Positions 62,036-64,000 of a stretch of 64,000 nt of DNA are shown here, one piece after another; positions within the stretch are counted from its first letter, which is position 1, and each line of letters begins with the position of its first letter. The stretch is from Nemertoderma westbladi (taxonomy: Eukaryota; Animalia; Xenacoelomorpha), in assembly GCA_032718475.1 (NCBI GenBank), contig JAUCBJ010009084.1, forward strand, positions 4,645-68,644, read 5' to 3'. The notes under the pieces are model-generated. The model had not been told where the DNA came from. It worked only from the letters and a program-made list of their open reading frames with translations, and did not search any database. The translations under genes and the position numbers were made by a program.

Positions 62036-64000
62036 TCAAGGTGCCCCCTCTAGTAGACAGCATTTCCCTACAGCCCTCCTGTAGGTCTTTCTGTCTTTCG
62101 CACCTATCTTTCCACCTATTCGCACTTCTACCGATCGGACTCTTCCGTCCTCATCGGAGTAAGTGCCCACAACTCTCGCCAACCGCCATTGGTTGTTGAA
62201 GATGGTATCGTCCATGACGATCACCAGATCACCCTCCTTTAGCTCTCTGTTCATGTTCCTCCACTTACTTCTTTTGTGTAGTGTGGGCAGATATTCCTCG
62301 ACCCACCTCCTCAAGTACTCTGCGCTTATCGCCTTAGCGACTTTCCAACTCTGGCGGGAGTGTATGTCACCTAGTCTACACCCCGCATGTCGATTGTCGC
62401 TGGCCTTTCCATTAGAAAGTGACTGGGCGTCAGCACGTCTAATGACTCAGGGTCATGATTCTCTGAATATAGCGGTCTGCTATTAATGATACCCTCACAC
62501 TTTGCTAGTACTGTCCTTAGTACGTCCTCTGTAACCATGTGGGTGTTCATCAACTTCGTCATCAGACGCTTCGAACTACCCACTAATCTCTCGACGCATC
62601 CTAGGGTATGCGGAGCATACGGTGTCCTCCTCTCCAACTTCACTTGTCGCCTTCTCATGGCCGCCCTGACTTCCTCCCCTTCCAGGATATCCAAGGCCTC
62701 TGCCATCTTGTTCTCCGCCCCCACAAAGTTGGTCCCGCTGTCAGAATACAGTACTGCGATCGTCCCATCTTTGCGGTCTCTAAGTCTTTCTAAAGCATTA
62801 ATGAATGCTGATGCGGTTGCATCTTGGGCGAGTTCTATTCCTACCGCCCGCGTGTTGTTACATACGAAGATGATACCGTAGCGTTTCTCCATGTGCCGCA
62901 TCACCTTAATCTTTATCGGCCCGAACATATCCACACCGCAATGCGTAAATGGCGGGTCGTGCTGTCTTACTCTACTGGCCGGTAGTGGCGCCATTTCCTG
63001 TATGGCCCGTTCCTTCTTCGCTCGTCGGCGGGTCTGGCACTGCCCCACTACCGCCTTTACCTTCTTTCTCAGCTGTTTGACCCAAAAGGTCCTCCGTATC
63101 TCCGTGAGGGTTCGGTTGGTGCCCCCGTGCAATATCGACTTATGGGAGTCCCATATAAACTGGTGGACTATCGGCGATTCAGTAGGTATGATGATGGGTT
63201 TTGGCGGTATTACAATACTGTTGTTGTTCAATACCCTCGAGTTCATTACTAGAATCCCGTCATCATTAAGTTGTGGTGACAGCGTGATCAACTCGCTGTC
63301 CCGTCGGAGATGTTGTTGTTTACCGACGCGTTCCACTTCGTCGCCGTAGTTCTTTCTCTGTTCGTAGCGGATGATTGCTTTGTCGCTCCCTCCAGATCGA
63401 TGGTTCTTCCAACTTTTACGTCTTTGTGGACTCCCTTGAGGAAATCTCAGAAGGCTCTCCAGTACGCCACTAACTTCTTGGTCTTGTACCAACTGGAGCT
63501 ATAGCTGAGGAGTTTATCTGTCGGGTTATCACACAGTTCTCCCGGTTTTGGTTGCACATCCCTTATCTCCCTCACCATTTGGCTGTATATCTCTTCTCCC
63601 TCTGAATCTCCCTCTTCTTCCTCTAACGCTCTTTCTCCTGAGCCCGGGTCCACCTTTCTCATTGGTGGCCAGGCTTCCTTATCGCTCTGAAACTGCGGCC
63701 CATGTTGCCACAATATCTCCCTTTTCAAGAAGGTGTGGCATGCCACGCCCCTCGATAACAAGTCCGCTGGAATCTCGTCCGTTTGGCAGTAGTGCCACCT
63801 TTCTAACTCTGTGGTCGCCCTTATTTCGTCCACCCTATTTGCGACGAATATAGGGTATCTCGTCCTCTCGTTGTGTAGCCAACCGAGCACTACCATGGAA
63901 TCCGTCCAGTAGTGTGTTTCCACTATGTTGGGAATAGCGTCCACTAAGTAGGCTGTGGCCCTAACTCCTAATCTCGCAGCTGTCAACTCGAGTTTCGGAA
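62036..64000 (-). pseudogene. C-terminal pol of element C: Pao RNase H-like, integrase and DUF5641-like tail
   Basis: Motifs YWTDSMVVLGW, FVANRV, PADLLSRG; H..HGG..C; GVDMFGP; YSDSGTNFVG; VERLV; RWVEEYL..L..R.KW and WRLARV. Frameshifted. Confidence 0.93.

Larger units (their letters stand above)
59104..64000 (-). mobile_element. BEL/Pao LTR retrotransposon copy C (family of B), 3' end truncated, continuing beyond the window
   Basis: RNase H, integrase, DUF5641-like tail, tandem spacer and accessory ORF. It shares its 3' region with B. Confidence 0.92.

Overview
This is repeat-dense eukaryotic (probably invertebrate animal) heterochromatin-like DNA with no recognisable host gene. An AT-rich ~415-bp satellite occupies roughly 10.4-15.9, 26.2-41.1 and 44.4-46.0 kb, plus an inverted block at 58.5-59.1 kb. 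It includes an ~3.3-kb 8-mer higher-order repeat and a 100-N gap. Four BEL/Pao LTR retrotransposon copies from two families are interleaved with it: A (+, 1.2-10.4 kb), D (+, 46.2-58.5 kb), B (-, 15.9-26.2 kb) and C (-, 59.1-64 kb). Nested in these are a Mutator/foldback-like element with a 9-bp TSD, piggyBac-like TTAA elements, a solo-LTR-like insert and a 5'-truncated RTE-like LINE tail. The most notable feature is an accessory ORF downstream of pol in the B/C family. It encodes a predicted DEDDy (WRN/Mut-7/EXD-like) 3'-5' exonuclease domain followed by a coiled coil and three CCHC zinc knuckles, and the two copies differ largely by synonymous changes. Element D carries nine dispersed copies of a small hairpin with one compensatory base-pair change. 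All domain calls come from reading motifs by eye; no database search was run.
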